Shown: piece by piece, positions 45,735-55,572 of the stretch
Layout of the letters: the number at the start of each line of letters is the position of its first letter
Numbering within the stretch: position 1 is the first letter of the stretch
Origin: Anaerolineales bacterium
GTDB taxonomy: Bacteria > Chloroflexota > Anaerolineae > Anaerolineales > E44-bin32
Assembly (NCBI GenBank): GCA_034430425.1
Contig: DAOUEK010000077.1
Coordinates: 281-64,280, forward strand
Length of the DNA: 64,000 nucleotides
Reading direction: 5' to 3'
Position numbers and translations under genes: made by a program
The notes under the pieces: generated by a model
Databases searched by the model: none
What the model saw: only the letters and a program-made list of their open reading frames with translations
Told to the model about the DNA's origin: nothing

Positions 45735-45980
45735 CTGTCCGCCTCCATGAACGCCCTTTATTATCCCATAAACGATGCACTGGGGCTGAAGCAGTGCTTG
45801 AAAATCGATCAATCGAAAGAATTGAAATCATATAATACATACTACGAACTCGTCTTCATGCAAAGAAGAAAACCATCCCGGGAAAAAAAGAGCTATGATT
45901 AAGCTAATAAGGTAGAATCTCCAACAACGTACGCAGCTCTTTATGGGGGAACCATACATCTCTTATCTGTGAGGAAGAAT

Positions 45981-47492
45981 ATGACTGACGCAATGGACAA
46001 GTTGAAGAATCTCTTGGGTGAAGTCGCGGACCTCGGTTCGGCGATCGCCGTCCTTCACTGGGATCAGCAGACATACATGCCATCCGGCGGGGCGGCTGAG
46101 CGCGCCATGCAGATTGCCACGCTCAGCCGTATGGCCCATGAACTGGCCACCAGCGAGGAGATGGGCACTGCCATCGAAGCTGTAAAAGCTGAAGTCGGTG
46201 ACCTGGACGCTCCTTCCAACGAAGCCCGCCTGATCCGCAAGACGGATCGAGATTACACCAAAGAGAAAAAAGTGCCCTCAACGTGGGTGACGGAATTCCG
46301 ACGAACCACGGCCCTGGCCCACAGGACATGGGCCAAAGCCCGCCAGGAATCAGATTTCTCGCAGTTCCAATCGATCCTGGAAAAGATCATCGACCTGCGC
46401 CGACAATATGCCGAGTTCTTTACCCCTTTCGACCACCCCTACGACCCCCTGCTCGACGATTACGAACCCGGGATGAAAACCGCAGAAGTGAAATCGGTCT
46501 TCGAAAACCTGCGTCCACAACAAGTGGAACTGGTTCACGCCATCAGCGAAGTGAGTGATCGCGTTGATGATGCCCCAATTCATCTAACCTATGACGAGAA
46601 ACGTCAATGGGACTTCGGCGTGGAAGTCATTAAAGCGTTTGGATTCGATTTTGATCGCGGCAGGCAGGACAAGACCATTCATCCCTTCACGACAGACTTC
46701 GGAATCGGGGATGTGCGCATCACCACACGCTTCGATCCGCAGTATTTCAACACGGGCGTTTTCAGCACGCTGCATGAAGCCGGTCATGCCATGTACGAAC
46801 AAGGTGTGGATCCGAAATTTTCGCGCACACCGCTTGCCGGGGGCACTTCGCTGGGGATTCACGAATCCCAATCTCGCATGTGGGAAAACCTCGTCGGACG
46901 CAGTAAACCTTTCTGGGTTGCCTTCTACCCCAGGCTGAAGGAGTATTTCCCCGCCCAATTAAGCAACGTCGATGTAGAGGCATTTTATAAGGCTGTCAAT
47001 AAAGTCGAACCATCTCTCATTCGTGTCGAAGCCGACGAAGCCACCTACAACCTGCATGTCATGCTGCGTTTCGAGATCGAAACGGCGCTCCTTGAAGGAA
47101 AGATCGAGGCCGCCGATCTGCCTGATGTGTGGAACACGAAAATGCAGGAGTATTTGGGTATCACGCCACCGGATGATGCCCAGGGCGTGCTGCAGGACGT
47201 TCATTGGTCAGAAGGCTTGCTGGGCTACTTCCCGACCTATGCCCTTGGCAATCTGGTCGCCTCCCAACTCTGGGAAAAAATCGAAGAAGACATTCCCGAC
47301 CTTTCACATCAAATTGAAAATGCACAATTCGATTCCTTACTGGGATGGCTGCGCGAAAACGTACACCAGTACGGCGCCAAGTTTGACCCGATGGAGTTGC
47401 TGCAACGAATTACCGGCTCCGGGCTTTCTGCAGAACCCTATCTGCGTTATCTCCGTTCGAAGTTCGGGGAAATCTACGGCCTCGACGGATAG
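45981..47492 (+). CDS. M32 carboxypeptidase (Taq-type)
   Basis: HEAGHAMYE zinc motif, HESQSR, and M32 family length. ATG at 45981 after GAGGAAG. Confidence 0.9.
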   Translation: MTDAMDKLKNLLGEVADLGSAIAVLHWDQQTYMPSGGAAERAMQIATLSRMAHELATSEEMGTAIEAVKAEVGDLDAPSNEARLIRKTDRDYTKEKKVPSTWVTEFRRTTALAHRTWAKARQESDFSQFQSILEKIIDLRRQYAEFFTPFDHPYDPLLDDYEPGMKTAEVKSVFENLRPQQVELVHAISEVSDRVDDAPIHLTYDEKRQWDFGVEVIKAFGFDFDRGRQDKTIHPFTTDFGIGDVRITTRFDPQYFNTGVFSTLHEAGHAMYEQGVDPKFSRTPLAGGTSLGIHESQSRMWENLVGRSKPFWVAFYPRLKEYFPAQLSNVDVEAFYKAVNKVEPSLIRVEADEATYNLHVMLRFEIETALLEGKIEAADLPDVWNTKMQEYLGITPPDDAQGVLQDVHWSEGLLGYFPTYALGNLVASQLWEKIEEDIPDLSHQIENAQFDSLLGWLRENVHQYGAKFDPMELLQRITGSGLSAEPYLRYLRSKFGEIYGLDG

Positions 47493-47707
47493 TCCGGGAT
47501 AGACCATAACCCAACAAAAGAGATCCAGCCAGGAGGAACCCGACAGGTTGATCCGGATGGGTCTCTTTCTATTCTTTTCCGATGTCTGCTGCTGCGACGA
47601 CTTCAAACCATGCACCATCGCCGCTGCGGAATCAGCTTGAAAGAACGTTCAATGCTAGAATAGACCGGCTTGTTCCCGGAGAAAAGGGAGTGGCCAGAGG
47701 AAGCTAA

Positions 47708-48637
47708 GTGAAACGCGTCTGCCTTCTTACAATCATGCTTGCGGGATTCGTATCGCTCTCCATGGGTGCCTGTGGTGCATTTACCACAGCACAGACTGAG
47801 ATCGCCCATCCAGTCATGACTACCGCCGAGCCAACTCAACTTCTCACGGAAACGCCGCTTCACCAGCCTGCCGACATGCCGGAACCGTTCACCGAAATCA
47901 CCTCTGCCATCGTCATTGAGTCGGTGGAAGACCTGCAGACACCGACACCCCTGCCAGCGCTGGTTAACATGCCGTTGGAACAAATCGCCATCTACGATCC
48001 TGGGCCGGGATCACAGGTCACCAGTGGATTTCGTGTAAACGGATGGGGCGGACCCAGCTTCGAAGATCGTGTACTCATTCGCTTGCTTGGTGAAGACGGC
48101 ACGGTCCTTTCGAAAGGCTGGCGTTACCTAAGTGTCTTCTCCGGCAATCCGGGCCGCTTCAACGCGACGATCAATTTCAATATCGAGCATGTTGCAGAAG
48201 AAGCCCGCCTGGAAATCAGCATGCAAAGCTGGCGAGACCGACAGACAACGCACATTTCAACTGTGAATCTGACCTTGCTTTCAACGGGCTCAGCTCGGAT
48301 TCATCCTGCCAGGCGAGGCGCGGAAAAACTGGCCCTCCTCAGCCCGCGTGAAGGAGAGGTTGTCAGCGGAGGCGTCGCACTCGTTGAGGGCGCCGGTTGG
48401 GTCGATTCCGATACACCATTAAATGTCGAAATCATCAACAATCAAGGAGAATCATTGGGCTCGGCCCAGGTCGAACTCGATTCGCCGGCTGTTGGACAAC
48501 TCGGTACTTTCTCGGTCCAAGTCCCCTACCAAATCCCTTTTCAGCAATGGGTGCACATCACCGTTTATGAACCCAGTACAGGAAACATTCCGGGCATCAT
48601 CCACCTTACTTCTGTCGAGGTGTGGATCATCCAATAA
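47708..48637 (+). CDS. lipoprotein with two Gmad2-like immunoglobulin-like domains
   Basis: GTG start. Lipobox SMGAC. Two repeats resemble Gmad2 (VTSGFRVNGWGGPSFEDRVLIRLLGEDG ; VVSGGVALVEGAGWV...LNVEIINNQG). Confidence 0.65.
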   Translation: MKRVCLLTIMLAGFVSLSMGACGAFTTAQTEIAHPVMTTAEPTQLLTETPLHQPADMPEPFTEITSAIVIESVEDLQTPTPLPALVNMPLEQIAIYDPGPGSQVTSGFRVNGWGGPSFEDRVLIRLLGEDGTVLSKGWRYLSVFSGNPGRFNATINFNIEHVAEEARLEISMQSWRDRQTTHISTVNLTLLSTGSARIHPARRGAEKLALLSPREGEVVSGGVALVEGAGWVDSDTPLNVEIINNQGESLGSAQVELDSPAVGQLGTFSVQVPYQIPFQQWVHITVYEPSTGNIPGIIHLTSVEVWIIQ

Positions 48638-48707
48638 CCAGGGCTGTCGTTGATAAGCGAATGCACGCCCACACGCGAATTCGTTCAACCCGAAATGGGG
48701 AGGGCCT

Positions 48708-49424
48708 ATGATCGTATTTCAATACCATACAGAGATCATCGAACGCTATCCGAATATCGTTGGCGGCGTGATCCATGTTGAGAATATCGAAAATGGGGCA
48801 TCATCTCCCGAGCTACGATCCCGGTACGAAGAAGAACAGAAACGCACACTCGAGCGCATCGGTGAGACCCCGTTGAGTGAAATTGAGTCCATCGCTGCCT
48901 GGCGCAAGGTCTTTAGCGATTTCGGTGTCAAACCCACGCAATACCGCAACGCCGCGGAGTCACTGCTGCGTCGTTTAACGAAGCACGGCGATATCCCATC
49001 CATCAACACCTTTGTCGACCTGGCCAATCTGGTCAGCATTCGCTACGCGCTGCCCATTGCTGTTTTCGACACCCGCCGGCTCACGCTTCCCATCACAGTT
49101 CACTTTGCCGAAGGAAACGAGAAATTTCTCCCCTTGGGAGTTCCCGAACCTGAAAACCCCCAAACCGGGGAGGTGGTCTTTTCAGATCAGGAGAAACGAG
49201 TGGTCGCCCGACGCTGGTGCTGGCGCCAGAGCGACGACAGCGCCGCGCGCCAGGGAGCATCGCGGGTGTTAATTACTGTTGAGGGCCACCATTCATCGGC
49301 TGAAGCCGAGATCAAGACTGCGCTGCAGGACCTGGAATCCCTCCTGCACGAGTTTTGCGACGGCATACTCACGACGAGCATCCTTTCATCCACACAACCA
49401 GGCATGCAATTATCCTCGACGTGA
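48708..49424 (+). CDS. B3/B4 tRNA-binding-domain protein
   Basis: KPTQYRNAAESLLRRL...GDIPSINTFVDLANLVSIRYALPIAVFD matches the B3_4 domain pattern of PheT-related proteins. Confidence 0.75.
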   Translation: MIVFQYHTEIIERYPNIVGGVIHVENIENGASSPELRSRYEEEQKRTLERIGETPLSEIESIAAWRKVFSDFGVKPTQYRNAAESLLRRLTKHGDIPSINTFVDLANLVSIRYALPIAVFDTRRLTLPITVHFAEGNEKFLPLGVPEPENPQTGEVVFSDQEKRVVARRWCWRQSDDSAARQGASRVLITVEGHHSSAEAEIKTALQDLESLLHEFCDGILTTSILSSTQPGMQLSST

Positions 49425-49480
49425 GGAAAATTGACGAACAACAAGCCGAAATACAATGGTGGTGGAATCGCACCCGCTAC

Positions 49481-49510
49481 CCCGACGATCGCCGGTCGTC
49501 GGGATTTTCG
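49481..49510 (+). terminator. rho-independent terminator
   Basis: CCCGACGA (49481-49488), 7-nt loop, TCGTCGGG (49496-49503), then ATTTTCG. Confidence 0.7.
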
Positions 49511-49546
49511 AATGATATAATTGCTGATTGAGTACAAGTTGCGCCC

Positions 49547-51400
49547 ATGGAATCACTACGAACGCTGGCGAATTCCCAATCGAAACAACGCATCTGGATC
49601 ACGCGCGCCGCGCAAGTGGCGTTCATGGCCTGTGTGGCGTTATTCATCAGCAGTTTTACTTTCCTGTTTGCCGTTCGCCTCTTCTACATCGGCCGGGCAC
49701 TTCCGGGTGTCCATGCTGCAGGCGTCAACCTGAGCGGTATGAATCAATCCCAGATCGAAGCGGCGCTCAAAGAGACATTGACCTATCCCCAAAGCGGTAT
49801 GATCGTCCTGCGTGACGGAGATAATATCTGGAGCGCCAATCCAATCGAACTTGGGGTTGTGATCGATTTCCCCGCCATGGCACGTCGGGCGTTGGAAGTT
49901 GGACGCCAGGGATCGCTGGCCGACCAATTTCAAGAACAGATCGAGGCCTGGCGGCAGAGTCGAAAAATCCCCGCGATTATTCTGTTCGATCATGTGGTTG
50001 GGGAATACTATTTGAACGGCATTTCCCAGGAGATCGAACTCCCCACCATCGAAGCCAGCCTGTCTGTACAGGGTTTGGATGTCACCGCCAGTCCCGGCCA
50101 GATCGGTCGGCAGGTCGACATCGAAGCCACACTTGAGGCGCTTTCTGTGCCGATCAGCAATTTCCACGATGCCGACCTGGAACTTGTCATCGAGGAGCTG
50201 TCTCCTAAAGTGCTCGACGCCTCGGAACAAGCAGCAGTCGCCAAAGCACTGCTCAGCGAAGCATTACATTTGACGGCGGAGGGCGCCGATCCATTGACTT
50301 TTGCGCCGCAAGAACTGGCTGATATGCTCCGCTTCGAGATCGTCGAAAACGAAGACTCCGCCGCTTACGCGCTCATGCTCGACGGAGGCAAAATAACAGC
50401 CGTTCTCGACCCGCTGATCCTCGAACTCGATCGCGACCCGCAAAACGCACGCTTCATCTTCAACGACGACACCGGTGAACTCGATTTGATCGCTCCGGCC
50501 ATCATCGGTCGTACGCTGGATGTCAATGAAACGCTATCCTCCATCCACAACGACATCAATCTTGGGAAACATGAAACACCGCTTGTTTTTGTATATGAAG
50601 ATCCACAAATCGGAGACGATGCGACGGCGGAAGAGCTGGGCATCAGCGGGCCAGTGAGTGTCGTTTCGACATACTTCTCCGGCTCAAGCAGTTCGAGAAT
50701 ACAAAACATCAAAACCGCGTCGAGTGCCTTTCATGGCCTCCTGATCGCGCCAGGGGAAACCCTCTCGATGTCCGAAGTGCTTGGGGATATCAGCCTGGAC
50801 AGCGGTTACGCGGAAGCGCTGATTATTTACGGCGACCGGACGATAAAAGGCGTCGGCGGCGGTGTGTGCCAGGTCAGCACGACCCTGTTCCGCGCCGTAT
50901 TCTTCGGCGGCTATCCCATCGTCGAGCGCCATCCCCACGCTTATCGTGTGGGTTATTATGAAAGTGGATCGGGATCTCCAGGGCCCGGCCTTGACGCCAC
51001 TGTCTTCGTACCGGTTGTCGACTTTAAATTCACCAACGATTCGGAGAACTGGCTCCTGCTCGAAACCTATGTCTACAACAACGAGAAAAAGCTGGAATGG
51101 AAATTCTACTCGACGTCGGACGGCCGCGAGGTTAATTATTACAGTGATATAACTGACGAAATCGAAGCCCCGAAGGATCTCTACAAGTTGAACGAAGATC
51201 TCGACAAAGGGAAGATCGAGCAGATCGATTGGAGCGCCGATGGGATGACGGTGACGGTATATCGAACGGTTACCAGAGCTGGGGAAGTGCTCTACCAGGA
51301 CACCATCCGCACACGCTATTTGCCCTGGCAGGCCATCTACGAATATGGCCCCGGCACCAAACTCCCGGATGACGTCATCGTCGAAGACGAAGATGATTGA
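49547..51400 (+). CDS. VanW-family protein
   Basis: N-terminal TM anchor. VanW core GGGVCQVSTTLFRAVFFGGYPIVERHPHAYRVGYYE. Confidence 0.9.
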   Translation: MESLRTLANSQSKQRIWITRAAQVAFMACVALFISSFTFLFAVRLFYIGRALPGVHAAGVNLSGMNQSQIEAALKETLTYPQSGMIVLRDGDNIWSANPIELGVVIDFPAMARRALEVGRQGSLADQFQEQIEAWRQSRKIPAIILFDHVVGEYYLNGISQEIELPTIEASLSVQGLDVTASPGQIGRQVDIEATLEALSVPISNFHDADLELVIEELSPKVLDASEQAAVAKALLSEALHLTAEGADPLTFAPQELADMLRFEIVENEDSAAYALMLDGGKITAVLDPLILELDRDPQNARFIFNDDTGELDLIAPAIIGRTLDVNETLSSIHNDINLGKHETPLVFVYEDPQIGDDATAEELGISGPVSVVSTYFSGSSSSRIQNIKTASSAFHGLLIAPGETLSMSEVLGDISLDSGYAEALIIYGDRTIKGVGGGVCQVSTTLFRAVFFGGYPIVERHPHAYRVGYYESGSGSPGPGLDATVFVPVVDFKFTNDSENWLLLETYVYNNEKKLEWKFYSTSDGREVNYYSDITDEIEAPKDLYKLNEDLDKGKIEQIDWSADGMTVTVYRTVTRAGEVLYQDTIRTRYLPWQAIYEYGPGTKLPDDVIVEDEDD

Positions 51401-51461
51401 TTCGATTCACTCGTCTTCAGCGCATGACCAATGGTAAAATCAAGCCGTTCAGGAGAGCGAT

Positions 51462-51686
51462 ATGATCAACCAAGATTTGCTAGAGATTTTACGCTGCCCG
51501 GCATGCGTTCGCGAGAAAGAAGGCAACCTCAAATTGGTAAAAGACGTCTGGCTTGTATGCCAGGAGCCTGGCTGCAACCGCAAGTACCCCATTAAAGACG
51601 ACATTCCGGTCATGCTTATCGATGAGGGCGATAAATGGACCGAAACGGCAGTCGAAGATCTCCCCGTACCCCCGCCAGGGGATTAA
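51462..51686 (+). CDS. Trm112-family protein
   Basis: LLEILRCPAC...YPIKDDIPVMLIDE. Confidence 0.85.
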   Translation: MINQDLLEILRCPACVREKEGNLKLVKDVWLVCQEPGCNRKYPIKDDIPVMLIDEGDKWTETAVEDLPVPPPGD

Positions 51687-51737
51687 TGGGGACATTTCAA
51701 ATCACATCTCATCTCAAGCACCAAAGTTTACAATTGA

Positions 51738-51974
51738 TCGATCCCCCAACTGATTGAAATCCTTCAGGATGCCGACCGGCTCCTCACGTGCCTGGCTGCT
51801 GACACACTCGTTGCGATCGGCAACCCGGCCATCACCGCATTGATCGAGGCGATGCGATCATCGAGAGCCGGCGTTCGAATCGAAGCGGCACGTACGCTCG
51901 CCAGCATGCACAACGACCTGGCCATACATTGTCTATTCTCCGCGCTCGATGACCCTTCGCACCGGGTTACCTGA
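51738..51974 (+). pseudogene. HEAT/PBS-lyase-like repeat fragment without a canonical start codon
   Basis: The stop-to-stop frame reads ILQDADRLLTCLAADTLVAIGNPAITALIEAMRSSRAGVRIEAARTLASMHNDLAIHCLFSALDDPSHRV, which is two HEAT-like repeats. There is no ATG, GTG or TTG upstream of the first repeat. Confidence 0.35.
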
Positions 51975-52026
51975 TGGGCTGAAGAGGGCTTACGAAACAC
52001 GGGAGAGGAAATGCTGTTTTTTAAAC

Positions 52027-52515
52027 TTAGCCGGAGATGACCCAGAAAACCCAGGTAGCCACCATACCCAAACCAAGCAGTAGTTTAATCCCAAGCGAAG
52101 CGCCACATCCCAACCCGGCTCCGATCATTGCCTGCGAGGCGCTTTCGACGTCTCTTTTCCGAATGTACTCCACGATGAAAACACCAAGCAGCAATGCGAT
52201 CACAGCACCAACAGGTCCAGCTGTAAAAAAAACCACAACAGCCAAGATGGCACCGAGTAAAATCGCGCCCCCCGACGCACCGCCTTTTTTGGCGCCGATG
52301 CCGCTGACCCAGAATTCGGCAGCCAGACCCGCCAATCCCAAGACAGTTATCACGGCAAAAAAGATCAGCCCGTGCTGGCCCCAATCGATGATCAATCCAT
52401 AACCCAAGGCAGAAGCCCAGATGAGAATCAAATCCGGAATGACAGGAAAGACAATCCCGACCAGGCCCATTACCATCAACACGACACATCCTATAATGAG
52501 CAAGAATTCAGGCAT
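52027..52515 (-). CDS. DUF456-family membrane protein
   Basis: [33 protein letters not shown] start and four TM segments. Start moved to 52515, giving an 8-nt overlap with the serS stop. Confidence 0.7.
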   Translation of the reverse strand: MPEFLLIIGCVVLMVMGLVGIVFPVIPDLILIWASALGYGLIIDWGQHGLIFFAVITVLGLAGLAAEFWVSGIGAKKGGASGGAILLGAILAVVVFFTAGPVGAVIALLLGVFIVEYIRKRDVESASQAMIGAGLGCGASLGIKLLLGLGMVATWVFWVISG

Positions 52516-53803
52516 GATCCTCTCTTTTGGCGATGATTTCCACGCCACCCATCCAGGGGCGCAGCACTTCCGGCACGACGACGCTGCCATCCGCTTGCTG
52601 GTAATTTTCCAGAACGGCGATCAGCGTTCTCGGCAATGCCAGCCCCGAACCATTGAGCGTGTGGACGAATTCGGGCTTAGCATCCGGCGAAGGACGATAA
52701 CGAATCATCGCTCGGCGGGCCTGGAATGACTCACAATTCGAGCACGAACTGGCCTCAAGCCATTCGCCACAACCCGGCGCCCAAATTTCGATGTCGTATT
52801 TCTTCGCCGCCGTAAAACCCAGATCGGCGGTCACCATCTGGACCACACGGTAAGGGATCTCGAGAGCGCGACAGATGTCCTCCGCATCGCCGACCAACGC
52901 TTCCAGTTCCTCGTAGGAATTTTCGGGTCTGCAGAATTTAAGCATTTCCACTTTATCGAACTGATGTCCCCGCTTGATTCCTCGTACGTCGCGCCCCGCC
53001 GAGAATTTCTCACGGCGAAAACAAGCCGAATACGCCACGTATTTCTTCGGCATTTCGTCCGCGGGGAGAATCTCATCTCGATGTAAATTCGTCACCGGGA
53101 TTTCCGCTGTGCCGATCAGCCACAAATCATCCTCGATGTCACGGTAGATATTGTCGCTGAATTTTGGCAACTGGCCTGCGCCCCACATACATTCTTCTCG
53201 CACCAGATATGGCGGGTAGACCTCTGTATAGCCATGCCGCTCGACGTGGTAACTGACCATCCACTGAATCAAGGCGTGCTGCAAGCGTGCCCCGGCACCC
53301 AAAAGAACGTAAAAACGACTTCCGGAGAGTTTAACCCCGCGTTCGAAATCAATGATCCCCAGGTTGGGGCCCAACTCCCAATGCGCTAACGGCGTAAAAC
53401 CCATTTGCGCTTCGCTTTTGGGCTCGCCTTCTTGCCGCACCACGATGTTTTCACTCTCATCCTTCCCCACCGGCACACTTTCGTGCGGCAGGTTGGGAAC
53501 CTGGTACATGGCTTCTTCCAACTTTTGTTCGGTTTCGCGCAGGCGTTCTTCGAGATCGGAAATTGTTGCATTCACCTCGCGCATCTCCTCGATCAGCGGT
53601 TGGCGTTCTTCCTGTTCTTTCATTTTCCCGATCTGTGTCGAGGTTTCGTTGCGTTTTTGCCGTAGCGTTTCGACTTCTTGAAGGATTTCTCGTCTACCGC
53701 TATCGAGTGAAAGAATATCGTCGATGGGTGCCTCGGCCTGCAATTTACCCAAAGCTTCCTTCACCTCGTCAGGATGTTCGCGAATGAAGTGAATATCAAT
53801 CAT
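52508..53803 (-). CDS. serS: serine--tRNA ligase
   Basis: [18 protein letters not shown] start, coiled-coil arm, class II motifs (FRRE..., [18 protein letters not shown]). ATG at 53803 after GAGGAGG. Confidence 0.95.
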   Translation of the reverse strand: MIDIHFIREHPDEVKEALGKLQAEAPIDDILSLDSGRREILQEVETLRQKRNETSTQIGKMKEQEERQPLIEEMREVNATISDLEERLRETEQKLEEAMYQVPNLPHESVPVGKDESENIVVRQEGEPKSEAQMGFTPLAHWELGPNLGIIDFERGVKLSGSRFYVLLGAGARLQHALIQWMVSYHVERHGYTEVYPPYLVREECMWGAGQLPKFSDNIYRDIEDDLWLIGTAEIPVTNLHRDEILPADEMPKKYVAYSACFRREKFSAGRDVRGIKRGHQFDKVEMLKFCRPENSYEELEALVGDAEDICRALEIPYRVVQMVTADLGFTAAKKYDIEIWAPGCGEWLEASSCSNCESFQARRAMIRYRPSPDAKPEFVHTLNGSGLALPRTLIAVLENYQQADGSVVVPEVLRPWMGGVEIIAKREDHA

Positions 53804-54083
53804 GTCTTCCTCCTCGCACACAGAATACGCCCCCTCCTCCGCAGGACGAGGGGGCGCCCGTGGTACCACCTGCATTCACCGCCGCAGCGGCCTCAAAGCT
53901 GTAACGGGCGATCCCGGCTCCTTTACGGCAGTGTCCTGCCCCTCCAGGAGCGACGGTTCCCTGGGGGAACGACGGAGGGGATTCACCCTGAGGCCTCATC
54001 GTCTTTCACCCTGTGACGACTCTCTGAAGAAGCCCTGCCGGCTACTGGTCTCCGTGCACGTCGTAAAAATGTGACTTATCCTT
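53804..54083 (-). promoter_or_regulatory. T-box riboswitch leader (serine specifier) of serS
   Basis: Minus-strand elements, listed with plus-strand coordinates: AGTA, AGAGA (54021-54025), GGTGAAAG (54003-54010), GAA-UCC specifier (UCC at 53979-53981), F-box CCGTTA (53902-53907), T-box GGTGGTACCACGG (53858-53870), and a GC-rich terminator stem (53828-53856). Confidence 0.85.
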
Positions 54084-54089
54084 CGATCG

Positions 54090-54117
54090 ATTATACAATC
54101 CCAAGTAGCTATGTCAA
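54090..54117 (-). promoter_or_regulatory. consensus sigma70-like promoter for the T-box/serS transcript
   Basis: Minus strand: TTGACA (54117-54112), 16-nt spacer, TATAAT (54095-54090). Confidence 0.6.
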
Positions 54118-54390
54118 GAAATCACATCACCGCAAACCAACGTGATTTGAATGAGGGCTTGATTGGCATTATTGCATGGTTTCGAATTCTTAATTCAATA
54201 GAATTGACATTCTGGTAATCTGCATTTATCCTCTCGATGTGAACGCGTGGTTAAACGCTTCACTGGCACTCGTATAAAGCTTGGGATTCACGGAAACAAC
54301 TTCCGTAAGCCACCACCAACGAGAATAACGACAAAACCCGATGGGTGTTATGCCCTCCAAGGGAATGCGTCGCCAGGAAAGGACATCGTA

Positions 54391-55572
54391 ATGGACATCT
54401 TCGAGAAATGTCGCGAATATACCATAGCGCGTGAAATGAAAGCCAAAGGGCTATATCCATACTTCTTGCCGCTTGAAGATACAGAAGGTACCGAGGTTGT
54501 CATCGATGGGCGCAAGATCCTGATGATCGGCTCGAATAATTATCTCGGGTTGACCACCGACCCCCGTGTGCGTAAAGCAGCTATAGACGCTATAGAGCGC
54601 TACGGAACCAGCTGCACGGGATCTCGTTTTCTGAACGGCACGTTAGCCCTTCACCAGGAATGTGAACAACGCCTGGCGAATTTTGTTGGTAAAGAAGCAG
54701 CGTTGGTGTTCAGCACCGGCTACCAGGTCAATGTGGGTACGATCTCTTGTTTGGTCGGGCGCGAGGACGTAGTTGTTACCGATAAAGACGATCACGCCAG
54801 TATTGTCGATGGCTGCATGATGGCGCTGGGCGATATGCGGCGCTATAACCATAACGACCTTGAGCATCTCGAGCGGGTATTAAGCAAAATCGATGAAAAT
54901 ACTGCGCGTATGGTGGTTGTCGATGGTGTCTACAGCATGGGTGGGGATCTGGCACCTCTGCCGGAGATGATCCCGATCTGTCAAAAATACGGCGCCCGCT
55001 TGATGGTCGACGACGCGCACAGTGTGGGCGTCATGGGTGGGGGTCGGGGCACGCCTGCGCACTTCGGCGTAACCGACCAGGTCGATCTGATCATGGGCAC
55101 CTTCAGCAAATCCTTTGCCTCACTCGGCGGCTTTATAGCAGGCGATGAAAACACCATTCATTACATCCAGCACAACGCCCGCTCCCTGATCTTCAGCGCA
55201 TCGATGCCTGCATCGACTGTTGCCGCCGTGTTGGCAGCTTTGGATATCATGGAGACCGAGCCCGAACACAACGAACGACTCTGGGAAGTCACCAACCGCA
55301 TGCGCGATGGTTTAACGGCTATGGGCTACAACACGGAACCCAGCGTTACGCCGATCATTCCCATTCACATCGGCGGCATGCCCGAGACGTTCATGGCCTG
55401 GAAGATGTGCTTGGAAGCCGGTCTCTACACCAACCCCGTCGTCTCTCCGGCCGTTCCTCCGGATCAATGCATGCTGCGCACGAGCTACATGGCCACCCAC
55501 ACCGACGAACAAATCGACCGTGCGCTCAATATCCTGGGCGAAGTTGGCCGTGAATTGGGTTTGATTGACTGA
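54391..55572 (+). CDS. alpha-oxoamine synthase, serine-palmitoyltransferase-like
   Basis: GSNNYLGL, CTGSRFLNGTL, DDAHSVG, PLP-lysine context GTFSKSFASLGGF. These are closer to the SPT pattern than to BioF or Kbl. ATG at 54391 after AGGAAAGGA. Confidence 0.8.
   Translation: MDIFEKCREYTIAREMKAKGLYPYFLPLEDTEGTEVVIDGRKILMIGSNNYLGLTTDPRVRKAAIDAIERYGTSCTGSRFLNGTLALHQECEQRLANFVGKEAALVFSTGYQVNVGTISCLVGREDVVVTDKDDHASIVDGCMMALGDMRRYNHNDLEHLERVLSKIDENTARMVVVDGVYSMGGDLAPLPEMIPICQKYGARLMVDDAHSVGVMGGGRGTPAHFGVTDQVDLIMGTFSKSFASLGGFIAGDENTIHYIQHNARSLIFSASMPASTVAAVLAALDIMETEPEHNERLWEVTNRMRDGLTAMGYNTEPSVTPIIPIHIGGMPETFMAWKMCLEAGLYTNPVVSPAVPPDQCMLRTSYMATHTDEQIDRALNILGEVGRELGLID

Noticed and set aside
51862-51885. 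GGCGTTCGAATCG, which looks like a tRNA T-arm.
   Set aside because: There is no acceptor, D or anticodon stem context. It lies within the HEAT-repeat reading frame.
51764-52000. 78-aa minus-strand ORF.
   Set aside because: The opposite strand encodes recognisable HEAT-like repeats. The minus-strand product is low-complexity (S/A/R-rich).
53804-54074. Extension of serS to 53875 and overlapping 67-90-aa ORFs on both strands.
   Set aside because: The region contains every conserved element of a T-box leader RNA. The serS N-terminus [11 protein letters not shown] starts at 53803 with a good SD.
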